The translations under genes and the position numbers were made by a program. Source: Obrimoposthia wandeli (taxonomy: Eukaryota). Taken from it: 64,000 bases of DNA. The notes beneath the pieces were generated by a model that saw only the letters and a program-made list of their open reading frames with translations, was not told the origin of the DNA and ran no database searches. The stretch lies in NCBI GenBank assembly GCA_977020255.1, contig CDROCS010002546.1, positions 248,001-312,000 of the forward strand, in the 5' to 3' direction. Below, piece after piece: positions 38,613 to 50,212 of the stretch. The number at the start of each line of letters is the position of its first letter. The first letter of the stretch is position 1.

Positions 38613-40881
38613 TAATTTTTAAATAATATATAGTGTTGTTATTGTTGTTATTTTTATTTAATGTCATCATTTGTACACACACTCATTCACTTGTATGTAT
38701 TAATACAACTTTTGTCTTTAATAAATGTATTTATTATATAGGATTATTTTGATTAGTTGCCAATTATATTGAAGTTAGGTTTTTATATAATAGAAACACT
38801 TTAGTTTTAAAAGCATTTCATCATTATGACTCTAAGTACTTTATATATGTTATGTGCTCTTCGCCTCAACCATAAAAAAATTAATATGTTTACCATCAAA
38901 GTATCACATGATCACATAAATAAATAATTTTTTATTATTACTTATTATTCTTTCAAGGTTAAAGGTTTACTATAAACAACAATTATATAAATATATAATC
39001 TTTGCCAAAGGTGCTGTCCGGTCTTTGGATGAAGGGCTCCCATCTTATGAGGCTCCGCAAGGGAGACTTTGGTCACTTAAAATCTACTTTATCTTCTTTT
39101 TGTTTTAAACGGTAAGATATATAGCACCATATTTAAAAATGGTCTTGAAATAACGCCTTCAATGCCAAAATGGTTTTGCAGTAAAGGGTACCCCCTGAGG
39201 GGAACCTATTACCATTGGTGTAGTATGCGTGATTTTCAGACCAAATGTACGTCAAGTCTCGAAATCCTGAATACAACACCAAAATGGTTTTGCAGTAAAG
39301 GATCAAGTCCAGAAATCACACATACGAACTTAAATAGATTTTTCCATCTTGGGTTCGTATGCGCGATTTTGAGACATTTTAACGGCATTCTGTTTAAAAA
39401 ATGACTATATATATATATATTTTTGGTACTATAGTGTTGGTACGAACTCAAAGGAAGAAGCCTTCCCTGGAGGGGGCTTTGTTCTTTGAGTTCATACTGA
39501 CACTATATACTACTTCGGAGGATTGTTGGGAATATTTTGTGGGCATTTTTTTATCGGACTCAAAAAGTCAAGTGTTTTGTGATTAATATTTGTTATAAGT
39601 AATTTTAAACTTCTCTGTGTAAATTAAAATTTATTAAAAGATAAAGGAGAAAGTTAGAAATCATTTCATTAGTGAAATGTTAATTAAACTATTTCTTTAA
39701 ATAGAGAAATTGTTAAAAAATAAATTTTTAAATAAACATTTTTAATAATCCTCTGGGTTCATCAGGGAGGCGGCAAGCTTATCTCTGGCTTAGTGGTGGG
39801 CAAAATACCCACGAAGTCAGAGATAAAAAGAAAAATACGGTGAATAATACAGCATTTACCTGCACAAAGTCGCCCAGATTACAGCATACATAGGTCCGGG
39901 AATTCGTCTCGTTATCGGACATCAATTCCGTGGACAAACTGCAGTCTCTAGCATTTTCCGTCGCTGTACAGAGCGGTCGTCCTCAATTTTTATTAGTGGC
40001 GAGAATACCAGTTACAATATATAACTATGTCTAAGTTGCACAGCACACAATATTGTCTTATATTTTTCTTGCTTTTCTTGTTGCTAAAAATAGATTTTTC
40101 AATTATCGATTTTCCAATTCCCAATTTCCAAGAAATTCAAAGGAGAAATATTATCAACTTATCAATTTTATTGTTACAAAACAAGAGATCTGAAAGATTT
40201 TACCTAACTGGAAGAAATTCAGGAGTTGCAATCTAATTTGCTGCAAGAAAAGATACATTATTGTTACAGATGTATTATATTACACACAAAAACTAAAAAA
40301 TATTACACAACTCTTTAAAATGCTTAATCCAAGTGTGGTAACATTTTAAAATTCTTATAGTTTTCTATGTTAGTAATATTCTAATTTGTCTGTATACTTC
40401 CCTTGTCTCCACGTTCTATCCGACGAACTCGTAAGGTATCTAACAGGACTTATAAATGGCTAACTATTATTAGTATCTGACTATTGTCAATACTACAGAT
40501 TGTTACTCTCCAATTATTATTCTAAATAACAGCTCGTTTAAAACAATTATGTTTCAAATTATTCCTTACTGATTATACAATTATATTTTTTAAAAAATTT
40601 AAACAATTATTTTCCAATATATTGTTTACTGGTTAAATAATTATATTCAAATTTATTCGTTATTAAATTGCTCAACTTACACTTTCCGACTCGAGGAATA
40701 GTCCTTGCACTCCTGGATGTTCTCGACTGTTAACGAAGGTTATATGCATTTCATTTAAATAGGAATTTTATAATATTACCCATTGTTTTTTAAAAGATAA
40801 TTTGTTTTAACTCATCAATGAAATCAATGAGGCTGAGAAGAGTATATAAGAGAATTTTTTTAGTTTCATTTCATTATTAAA

Positions 40882-41067
40882 ATGGAATACAAACAAGAAA
40901 TTTTATTGAACGAGCTCCTGAACGACGAAAAGCAGTCTCTAGCAAAGAAGTGCTATCTCACAGAAGGGTTGATGCTCAGGGAGTCTCTTAAAGTAGAAGA
41001 GATCGCAGGCTTCATTGGTTGGTCTCCAAATGGCCAACCACTCATACTGTCATATAAAGACTGGTAG
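40882..41067 (+). CDS. 61-aa orphan ORF behind a duplicated promoter-like leader
   Basis: ATG ORF preceded by TATATAA, a T-run and AGTTTCATTTCATT. The leader is duplicated upstream of 41421. Confidence 0.45.
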   Translation: MEYKQEILLNELLNDEKQSLAKKCYLTEGLMLRESLKVEEIAGFIGWSPNGQPLILSYKDW

Positions 41068-41420
41068 TGAGTCCTTTGCATGCATGCACAAACAAGTCCT
41101 CATTAGGGATACATAAAAAGGAATGAGAGGAATGCTTACTTTTTGCTAGAGTTTTGAGGGTCTTATAACGTTATATAGAAAAATATTTTTAGAACTTTAG
41201 CTACTTATTAGTAAAAGTAGCTAACTATCTACTGGTAAAATAAAATTATAATTGCATTTAAATATTCATCAAAATAAGCAGTATATAATTTACTAAACTT
41301 TATCAAAATAAATTGTATTTACCATTGTAAACAAAATGTGTTTTAACGCATCAATAAAATCAATTAGACAGAGAAGACTATAAAAGATTATTTTTTTTAG
41401 TTTCATTTCATTATTTAAAA

Positions 41421-41600
41421 ATGGAATTTCCTAAAATGAAGGAGGTCTTGGCACGGATAGAGAAGAATTATAAGAAGAATTCAAAGAAAAGAGACCTGCA
41501 TAAGCAAGTTTTAAATCTTAATTTATATAAGATCTTCAGAACAAAGTGGAATGAGAAGCTGGAAGTGGTCACATGTGTACATGTTACATGTTTTATCTGA
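41421..41600 (+). CDS. 59-aa basic orphan ORF behind the second copy of the leader
   Basis: Reads MEFPKMKEVLARIEKNYKKNSKKRD...TCFI*. Below the ORF-track cutoff; translated by hand. Confidence 0.4.
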   Translation: MEFPKMKEVLARIEKNYKKNSKKRDLHKQVLNLNLYKIFRTKWNEKLEVVTCVHVTCFI

Positions 41601-41924
41601 CAACTCTTATTATGATGAAATTATTATTATAGGAATAATAAATTCCACTAAAGTTCAAATTAAAGACAAAGAGGACAAAACAATTAAATTCCTTAGATCC
41701 CAGTTAGGAAGGAATCAAACAAAGCGATAAATATTTTATATTTTAAACATTCAATTGATTTTCTAAAATTCTCACATTCACAGATATACAATTGATATTT
41801 CATACATTCTTACATTGACAAGCATTCATAAACATACAAGTAATATTTTAAACATTCTTACATTCACAGGCATTCAATCATTCATGATAAAAACGATAAG
41901 TTTATTGATAAATAAAACAGTAAT

Positions 41925-43140
41925 CTAGAAGAGGTCCGTATAATTACAATGACCATAAGCGACGCTCTGATTCTGTCCAATTCAGTTCCGTTTATTGTCA
42001 ATATTGCTGAGCGCGATCTTGGAGGAGATTGTTGTCAACAGCTCATGATTTATTGATTGGATCCTCTGCTGCTGGAAACGTTCACTTACTCTCGTATCAT
42101 ACACTTGCTGATAATTTACATGCTTTATACATATTCGGTCATCATTATAGACACATTATCTATTATGTTTCTTAATTTCACCTGATCTAGTACCCACTAA
42201 AGGTCTCCAACTGGTAGATATTGTGACATTGCCAACCCGTATAGATTATTTATATCTAAGTAAAGTATATAATCTCGATCTGTTGTATCTAATTTATGAG
42301 TGTTAACAAATTTCATGCCTCCCATTATACCATGTGCGAACATTTTGTGCATCTCAGGGTCTTGTATCAATTTTACCCTTTTAGCTGCTTGACTGGTTCC
42401 ATCAGCAGAAAATGATGCGTTAGAGTTTATTGGAAGCAGTGACTTGAAGGCGCCAGCAAAACTGATACCTGTAATGAAATAATAAATTAAATATCGAAAA
42501 CTTAATTATTAATGAAAAACTTTAAATAAATAAATATCACAAACCTGATATGGATAAGAAGTTCAGAGGCTCCAGCCGTCTTCGTCGAAGGTCTTTAATC
42601 GAAACGATGTGAATACGTCGGTGAAATCGGAAAATGATGGAGGACACGACTTATCCGTTGAGATAAATTACATGTTGAGTGTGCGACATCTAGGAATTCC
42701 CCGGTCATGTGATCATGATCCCTCACCTTATATACGCACCGTTTCTTACAGAGATAGCAAATAGTTGCAGCATTGTAGTTAGCATGTTGCATCAGTGTTA
42801 GCGTCCGCATAACTTCAGTTGCATGCTGACTGCATGATGGAAGAACTGTTTCCTTTGCAAGCATTTCAATTTTTTTCAGTGAAATATTATGTGTAGGAGC
42901 CGCCTTGATCGAAGATAGCAGCATAACTACTGCTATTGGAAATGCTGTTGAGGGTAGATCTCATGGGGGTAATCACCGCTTCGAAATCAGCATATACGGC
43001 ATATGGAGGCGAAATAGTTTTAGAGAAATCCGTAAACTCTATATTAATTCAGGCCTAATGATGAAGGTTGTATGAGTAAAATGAGTATGTGGTACACAAA
43101 CACCACTAGTCGTTAAGGGGTTATAAGTAGTGCCTGCTTT
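41925..43140 (-). pseudogene. Internally deleted pPolB
   Basis: In order: PPYAVYADFE, CYLC...KVRDHDHMTG...AHSTCNL, QDPEMHKMF...GG...YLDINNLYG, then QQQRIQSINHEL...KIALS...VAYGH. Confidence 0.88.
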
Positions 43141-44002
43141 ATGCAAACATAGCTATCACTTATGTGGCTGTCTATTTCCTAAATGTTACGCTTTTTCCTT
43201 TTATTCTTTCAAACTCTTTCTATTTTTATTTTGATATTTGCTCATGCCATTTATTCATTTACAATTTTTTTACTTGCAGAATTTTATCAAATATAAAAAT
43301 TTCAGTATACTTATAACACAGCCCATATATTTTCCATAATAAAATTTTTATATCTAAAACTTGCTTCGTTTTTCGGAAAAAAATTTAAAATTTCCGACGC
43401 TTATCTAATTCTCTAACTATTCATTCTGTTGTACAACTTATAAAGTACAGTGTGTAAAAGGTTCAAAATCATTATGACCTTAAAACAATTATTGATTTGA
43501 ATTTTTTGATTTATGTTATTGTTTGCAGAAGTACACTTTATTAAAATCATATGCTCATATTTATATAAACTACTACGTAGACATATATTCAACTCCATTT
43601 TAGAACTTAACTTAAATGAAGTTATTTGAACTTAAGTTTTATTTACTCAAATATATTAACCACATATTTTCAAAGGAACTATAAATGATATTAGATAATG
43701 ATTTAAAACATTGTGGAATAAGACGACAACGTGATTTCGTAACTTCGATTTCGTAACTTCGATTGTGCTTCATTTGAGTAATTAGTAGGCGCCCTTCAAA
43801 CCCATTTGCTTATATATATTTAATTTATTTCTTTAAAAGAACTTGATCTCCCACTTTATATATACAATATTATTTATTTTCAAAGAAGCCTTTTCTCATG
43901 CGCTAGTAATGGGAAATAGTAAGGTCAAACAACCACCCAAGATTCGTCGTTTTCTCTCACTCGGGTGATACTCTGGATCCTCCATGTTCCCATTACTGCC
44001 AT

Positions 44003-44959
44003 AGTAGGTAGAAGAATAGAGTCTAGACCGCTTGACCCCCCTTGTGTGCACACAATGATTAAGGGTTTCACACCATAAGGGTATATGTTTCCTCACCAAA
44101 GGGGTGTCACACCATAAGGGTATATGTTACCACACCATAAGGGTGTCACACCATAAGGATGTCTTGCCACACCATAAGGTTATGAAAAGCTCAGAAAGGT
44201 TATGATAGGGGGAGGATGGAGGGATCAAGTGATCTAGTCTCCATCCTTCTTATGGTCGACCAACATATTCAAGGGTTGTGGTCGTCCATAGATGAAAGGG
44301 TCAGGCAGAGTTTTGACTTGAAGGTTTTAAGGTATAGTCATGACCGTCTATGGTTGACCAACATACCTAAAGGGTCATAGTCGTCCATAAATCAAAGGGT
44401 CGGACTCAGTTTTGACTTGAAGATTTGAAGGTATAATTAAGGTCTACTATGGTGGACCATCACATCTAAAAGGTTGTGGTCGTCCATAAATCAAAGGGTC
44501 AGGCTAAAGACAAAATCAATTGTAAAATATCAAGGTTTTAGTAAATGGTTGGAATCATCTTTAGAAGGCGAATTCATCCATAAAGGTATGGTCGTCCATA
44601 GATGAACAGTTAAAAAATGTTGGAATTTCATAGTTTTAATTACATGATTATGTTTGTCAACATATTACGAGTTTATTCATGTAAAATGTTTATGGTCGTT
44701 CATAATGTAAGGGATATATTTGACATAAATTCAGGAAACCTATAGTATTCAATCAATTATTCTATGTGAAAGTTTAGGTTAAATTTCACTTTTAACAGTT
44801 AAAGAATGTATTACGTAATAATACCCACTATTCTATGTGAAAATTTAGATCAAAGTTTTTTCACAGGCTTACATATACCCTTATGGTGTGACACCCTTAA
44901 ACATTGTGTGTGCACAAGAGTTGGGGTCAAGTGGTTTAGACTCCATCCTTGTACCTACT
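44003..44959. mobile_element. 957-bp non-autonomous mini-Polinton
   Basis: Termini are AGTAGGTA...TACCTACT, with ~87-bp imperfect TIRs and a perfect 6-bp TSD TGCCAT (43997-44002 and 44960-44965). The interior consists of CACCATAAGGGT repeats and ~105-bp repeats. Confidence 0.85.
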
Positions 44960-45879
44960 TGCCATATTTACAACAATTTTCTTTGTTATTCTTGAAATTT
45001 TCAACTAAATTCAAAAGTGAAAATGTGTCAAAAATTATGAGGTGATTAATGGAATATTTTATCGATTTATAGGGATTTTAGGTTTATTTAGATGGAACTT
45101 CGGTCAAAATTACCGTGTGTCTTTCAGAACTCGCCGAATTCTGAGGCGATAAATGGAGTATTAGGTCAACTTATAGAGATATTCAACAGTTTAAGATTAA
45201 TTTTGTCGTATGTCTTTCGGAACAAGTACTGTGGGAATATATGAATATTCATGGTTACTTATGCAGTGAGCAGCACTCGACATGGGATCTTCTAAGTTTA
45301 GATGTACTTCTCAGTATGGTTCTTGCATGCTCTCTTCTGTGGTTACTTCAACATGTTATATTTTAGGCTTCCTCTGTAATCTCTTCTAAGTAACTCTTCC
45401 GTATGTGATATTTCAAGGATTTATCTGTAATATCTTCAACATATTTAAAGGTCTCTTAAATGTGTTGAGTTTATTACAAATAATAGTTTATTAGTGAGAG
45501 TTTATTACGGTCAATTAGAAGAAGTTGGTTAAAAGGGTATAAAAGTCTTTTACAAAAGAAAATAGATAACGAAAAATTGTAAAGAAAATTTAATAAAGTA
45601 TTTACAAAAGAAAGTATAAAAGGTTACTTTAAAAATTTCAAAACATTTTTAAAATACAATAATTTATTTAATTACAGTCAAGGGCTTTTAGAAATTTTTT
45701 ATTAAATTACGTTAGTAGAAAATCGATTGAATAAGTTCTTAATTTTTCAAAAAAAAATTGAATTTAGGTTTTAGCTCGTTTTGAAATAAATTTTGTACCA
45801 ATTTATGCATTAGGGTCTTTTCCAATTACAGTTAGAGCTTTATCTAACAAAGAGCTTTATTATACAAAAATATAAAGTA

Positions 45880-46060
45880 AGTAGGGGGAGGTGGGTCTTC
45901 TGACTCACCCTCTCCTATGTGCAAGTGAGTCAAAAGACCCTAGTAACAATGCACGTGCCATTGCACGTGCACACACCTGACACGTGTGCACACACCATGG
46001 TACATGCCGCATGTGTGTATTGTTGCCATGGCTACTACGACACGTGTCAAGGTCATGTTT
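45880..46060. mobile_element. Solo AGTAGG-type terminus with GC-rich hairpins
   Basis: AGTAGGGGGAGGT is followed by the stem GGGTCTT.TGACTCAC/GTGAGTCA.AAGACCC and CACGTG-rich palindromes. No partner end was found. Confidence 0.55.
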
Positions 46061-46119
46061 TTGTTTTACTATTCAATTTTTTGCGTCAAATTTAACATTT
46101 TCAAAATGGCTTTTTAAAA

Positions 46120-46260
46120 ATAAAATTTAATTCTACACACAATTTTTATACTTTAGAAATAAAATTTTACACAGAACTTTTATACTTTAGAAATAAAATT
46201 TAACACGGAACTTTTATACTTTAGAATAAAATTTTACACAGAATTTTTATACTTTTGAAA
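46120..46260. repeat. 33-34-bp tandem repeat, about 4 copies
   Basis: Unit ACACAGAACTTTTATACTTTAGAAATAAAATTTT. Confidence 0.85.
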
Positions 46261-46369
46261 AGATAAAAGACAAATTGGATACCAATATTTATTAAACCAA
46301 AGAGAAAAAATTAGGTACAATAAATTGGTTTCATATAAATTCAAACATACAAAAACAATCATTCAAGTG

Positions 46370-46816
46370 AAAAAACATCTGGATATCGATGATGTCCGTA
46401 GGCAACTGACCGGTTTTTCTCTACCCATTTTCCCTTATCGTCATTGCTACTCAATGCGATCTTACTCATAGCTGATGATTAATTGAACTAATGCGTTGTT
46501 GTTGCACTCGTTCACTAACTCCACTCACATATGCAGCTAAATAATTCGCATGGCGTAGCGCAGTCTGCTTAAGGCTAATTCCCGTTGCTCCCTTTCCGTC
46601 TATAGTTTCTAAGCTATATGATTTGGGGCGTAAAACTATCCATTGCTTATATCTACAGACACCCTTACTCTCATCCTTAAACTTGCCTATTGCAGTATTG
46701 ACTAAAAAAAATAAAGGATGGTTTATAGGAAATTTTGATGAGTCTAATAGCCCATCCAAAATCATTGCTGACAACAGTGTAGCTTGCACGTCTACATAAG
46801 GACACTTTAGAAACAT
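46370..46816 (-). pseudogene. pPolB C-terminal fragment
   Basis: Reads IGKFKDE...LRPKSYS...GISLKQ...QRISSINHQL, then a frameshift to KIALSSNDDK...VAYGH. Confidence 0.88.
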
Positions 46817-47148
46817 TTCTAATTTGGAGAGAAAAAGTTAGATTTTTAATTATTTTATGTTTATATTTATGGATTTTAGAATAAATTGTTCGTGTATATT
46901 TCAGAATAATGTATATTAAGATGCAAAAATTGAATCTTAGATCATTTATAGCGATTTTAGTTGACAAATGGATGAATTTACTGTGTAATTTTCAGAATAA
47001 TATAAATTTCGAAGTAGAAAGTTTGATTTTTAGTCATTTTATATTTATAGATTAGAAGATAAATTTACCATGGATTTTTTAGAATAATGCAAATTATAAT
47101 GCAAATAATAGATTATTTTTCAGTGAATTTACCCATATTTGTATCAAT

Positions 47149-48030
47149 TCAATTTACAGCGTTTCATTTAATAATTACTTCATGTGAGTACTTTTTTTTT
47201 ATTTCAAATATGTGAATAATTTTTTTGTTACTCAAGTTTATTAGTTTTCTTCAATAACTTGTTGATATAAATTTATGTGTACTCTTATTTCTTTTAGTTT
47301 GGGTCATTTTCAAGTTTGGCTGTTATATTCGTTCCTTAATTACTAATTATTGTATATGAACCTTTGTATAGCATAGCTAATTTGTGATATAGACAGGTTG
47401 TAATTTGTGAGTTGTGATTCATTATTTTACTTCCAACTTTTAATTCTGATGATCTAGTTGGTCTGTTGTAATATTCTTTATAGTTTTTTTGAATATATTT
47501 TATAAATAACATAGCTTTTTCAAATGTTAGTTTTAGGCTATTTTTATTTTTTTTATATTCTGGTATTTCTAGATACTGTGTTGTAGGTTGTATTAATGTG
47601 AGATTAATATACATTTGAGGATCTCTAAGGAACATAAGGTAGAATAGTGTTTCTCCAGTAGTAAAGACATCTTTAAAATTTAAAACTTTGACTATTAGTA
47701 GTGTTTTCCATAGTGCAGGTTTTACTATTGAGTTGTGACTATGCTGTTCACAATCTGTTATGAATATCTCTATGCGTACTCTACAATCAAAATCTTCTGC
47801 ATATATAAAATCTGTTTCTTGGTTTACTTGATATAATTTTGTATTTTAAATTTTTATCTCTTTTAGGTCAGCCTCTGTGCATTGTTGCAAATCCATTAAG
47901 GAAAATTTGTTTTGTATTTTATATTTTGGCTCGCCAAATTGTTATATATTTTTATGTTCTGGAACGTTCAAATTGAATCAAATATCGGAGATTGTATTTC
48001 AAATTGTTATGAGTTATAATGTTCTGAAAA
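47149..48030 (-). mobile_element. Gypsy-type integrase tail, copy 1 (inverted duplicate of 54915-55799)
   Basis: Reads TTGETLFYLMFLRDP...HKLAMLYKGSY...RVHINL and is near-identical to the plus-strand copy. Confidence 0.75.
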
Positions 48031-48034
48031 TTGA

Positions 48035-50212
48035 AATTGATGTGATTTATTTAAGATATTTAGGTATTTAGGAATGAAATTTAACGGGGTGTTTAAGAGG
48101 TTCAAAGAGGAAATTTATGGGGTATTTTGGAAGTTTATAAAATAAATTATCACATAGAAGAGTCCAAAGAAGACATTTACGGGGTATTTAGAAGGTGCTA
48201 GAAGATAAATTAATGCATAGAATGGTTATAAAAGACAAATTGAAGAGGTATTCAAGAGGTTTCAGAAGAAAGATTACATATTTGAATGGTTTAGAAAGGA
48301 TTTAGCAAGAGTGTTTAGGAAGTATCAGAAAATATAGCCTTAAAGACGTTTAGAGGAGTATTTAAAAGGAGTATTAGGAAGTTTCAGAAAAAGAAATTAA
48401 AACCTAAAATAGGTTCAGAAGGGAAATTAAAGCCTAACCGGTTAAGATGAGGATTTAATTGAGGAGTTCAAGAGGTTTCAGAAGAGGAAATTAGAGGGGC
48501 TTAGAGGGAGATTGAACGGGGTATATTTAGATGGTTCAGGTGAGAAATTAAAGCCTAAGGGGATACCTGTTATGATTGTAAATTTCATTAAATATGTGCA
48601 TTATTGCTAATTTTGATATAAGTTTCTTTGACATGAGGTATTTTCATCAGGTTTGTGCATAATATTGATACACTACATACATTATTGATCATTTCAGTAT
48701 AACTATCTTTGAAAATAATCAATAATATATGAGGTTATGTAAGATTTCGTCATGCAATACATGTTATTATCGTGATGATTTGTATGCATTATGCAGTCCT
48801 TTTAGAGTTTCTTTGAAGAGGAAATAACCCATCTCACTTCTAAAACTTTCTTAATATTCCGTCATACATCACAATATCTGATTAATTCTTTAACTCCTTT
48901 TAGGCTATATTTTCTCTTTAGAAATCTTCTATATACCCCGTAATATCTTCTTCTACTTTCCATTGCTTCATGAAATGCGACATTAGAAATATCATACCTA
49001 TGATGATTCAAGGCTGATTGATGAAATGAATATAGATAAGATGCTTGAATATTGACTTTGGAAGTAGTCTTTGGATTTTAGTTAAATCTACATAATTTCG
49101 GTATAACTTTCTTTGAGGTAATCAATCTTGAGTTAAAACTATTTATGATCAATCAAGAAGCATCTTCAGTGATTTCTATGTTATGTTCGGAGTTATTGAT
49201 ATTGATTGAATCGGATGATTCATGAATTTGAAACGATGGATGGAATTGATAAACAATGGATAGATATGTCTCTGTAACAATTTGATTCATTCTCACTAAT
49301 ACTCTTAGAAATTTTCAATATTTTCCTTTTGAAACATATATAAATAGAAATAAATCATTTCTATTCTTGAAAATTGCATACGTTTTAATTACTATCCCTT
49401 CTCATATATTACAATCCAGGTATGATTTCTTCATAAATATCAAGTCCAACTTTTAGAACATAATTAGCAATTTTCCTATAATTCTCAATAACTTTCTTTC
49501 TCATACACCTTTATTATTAACCCTATTTTTCTTTATAGCAAACAAACCAGGTACAATTCATCAATTTCCTCATATATATCAATCAATTCTCGATTATCAC
49601 TTTAAGATATAGCCTCTAATTCATCCTAATTTCACTTCTTTAACACTATTCTTCATTATTCCGTCTAAATTTCAATAAAATACTTCTAACATTATGTTTA
49701 GAAATAACATGCCTTGCTTTGATTTTAATTGAAGGAATGTAGAAGAAATATATGAAATGCTTAAATATTGGCTTTGGAACGATAATATTGATGACTTCGG
49801 TAAAACTCTCTTTGAAAATAACTTATTTGCTGTGTATTAATGAAATCGTTAATTTGAAAAACTTCCTAATACTCTTTTAAAATACTCCTCAAAACGCCTT
49901 TAAAGCTATATTTTCTGATACTTCCTAAACACTCTTGCTAAATCCCTTCTAAACCATTCAAATATGTAATCTTTCTTCTGAAACCTTTTGAACACCTCTT
50001 CAATTTGTCTTTTATAACCATTCTATGCATTAATTTCTCTTATATAACCTTCTAAACACCCCGTAAATGTCTTCTTTGGACAAATTATGTGATAAATTAT
50101 TTTATAAACTTCCAAAATTCCCCATAAATTTCCTCTTTGAACCTCTTAAACGACCCGTTAACTTTCATTCCTAAATACCTAAATCTCTTAAATAAATCAC
50201 ATCAATTTCACT
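48035..50212. repeat. ~350-bp inverted repeat (48035-48385 and 49858-50212) around a decayed LTR-element segment
   Basis: The reverse-complement match is visible directly. The interior minus strand reads AFHEAMES...KGVKELIRYCDV, resembling an integrase Zn-finger. Confidence 0.8.

Larger units (their letters stand above)
36150..38905. repeat. ~230-bp direct repeat pair (36150-36380 and 38650-38905)
   Basis: Shared sequence AATGTCATCATTT.TACACACACTCATTCACTTG...GTTATGTGCTCTTCGC...TACCATCAAAGTATCA. Confidence 0.85.
35112..39514. mobile_element. Rearranged Polinton/Maverick derivative bounded by ~0.4-kb imperfect TIRs
   Basis: Starts AGTAGTATATAGTGTCGGTAC and ends GACACTATATACTACT. The left TIR (35112-36147 once the hAT insertion is removed) matches the reverse complement of ~39105-39514. 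The flanks (CCCGCA and TCGGAG) are not a TSD. Confidence 0.8.

Noticed and set aside
35106-39520. Single intact Polinton insertion
   Set aside because: There is no TSD, the TIRs are diverged, the internal pPolB pieces face opposite directions, and integrase, ATPase and capsid genes are absent.
39755-39780. Hammerhead core CTGATGA on the minus strand
   Set aside because: No stem II followed by GAAA, and no stem III.
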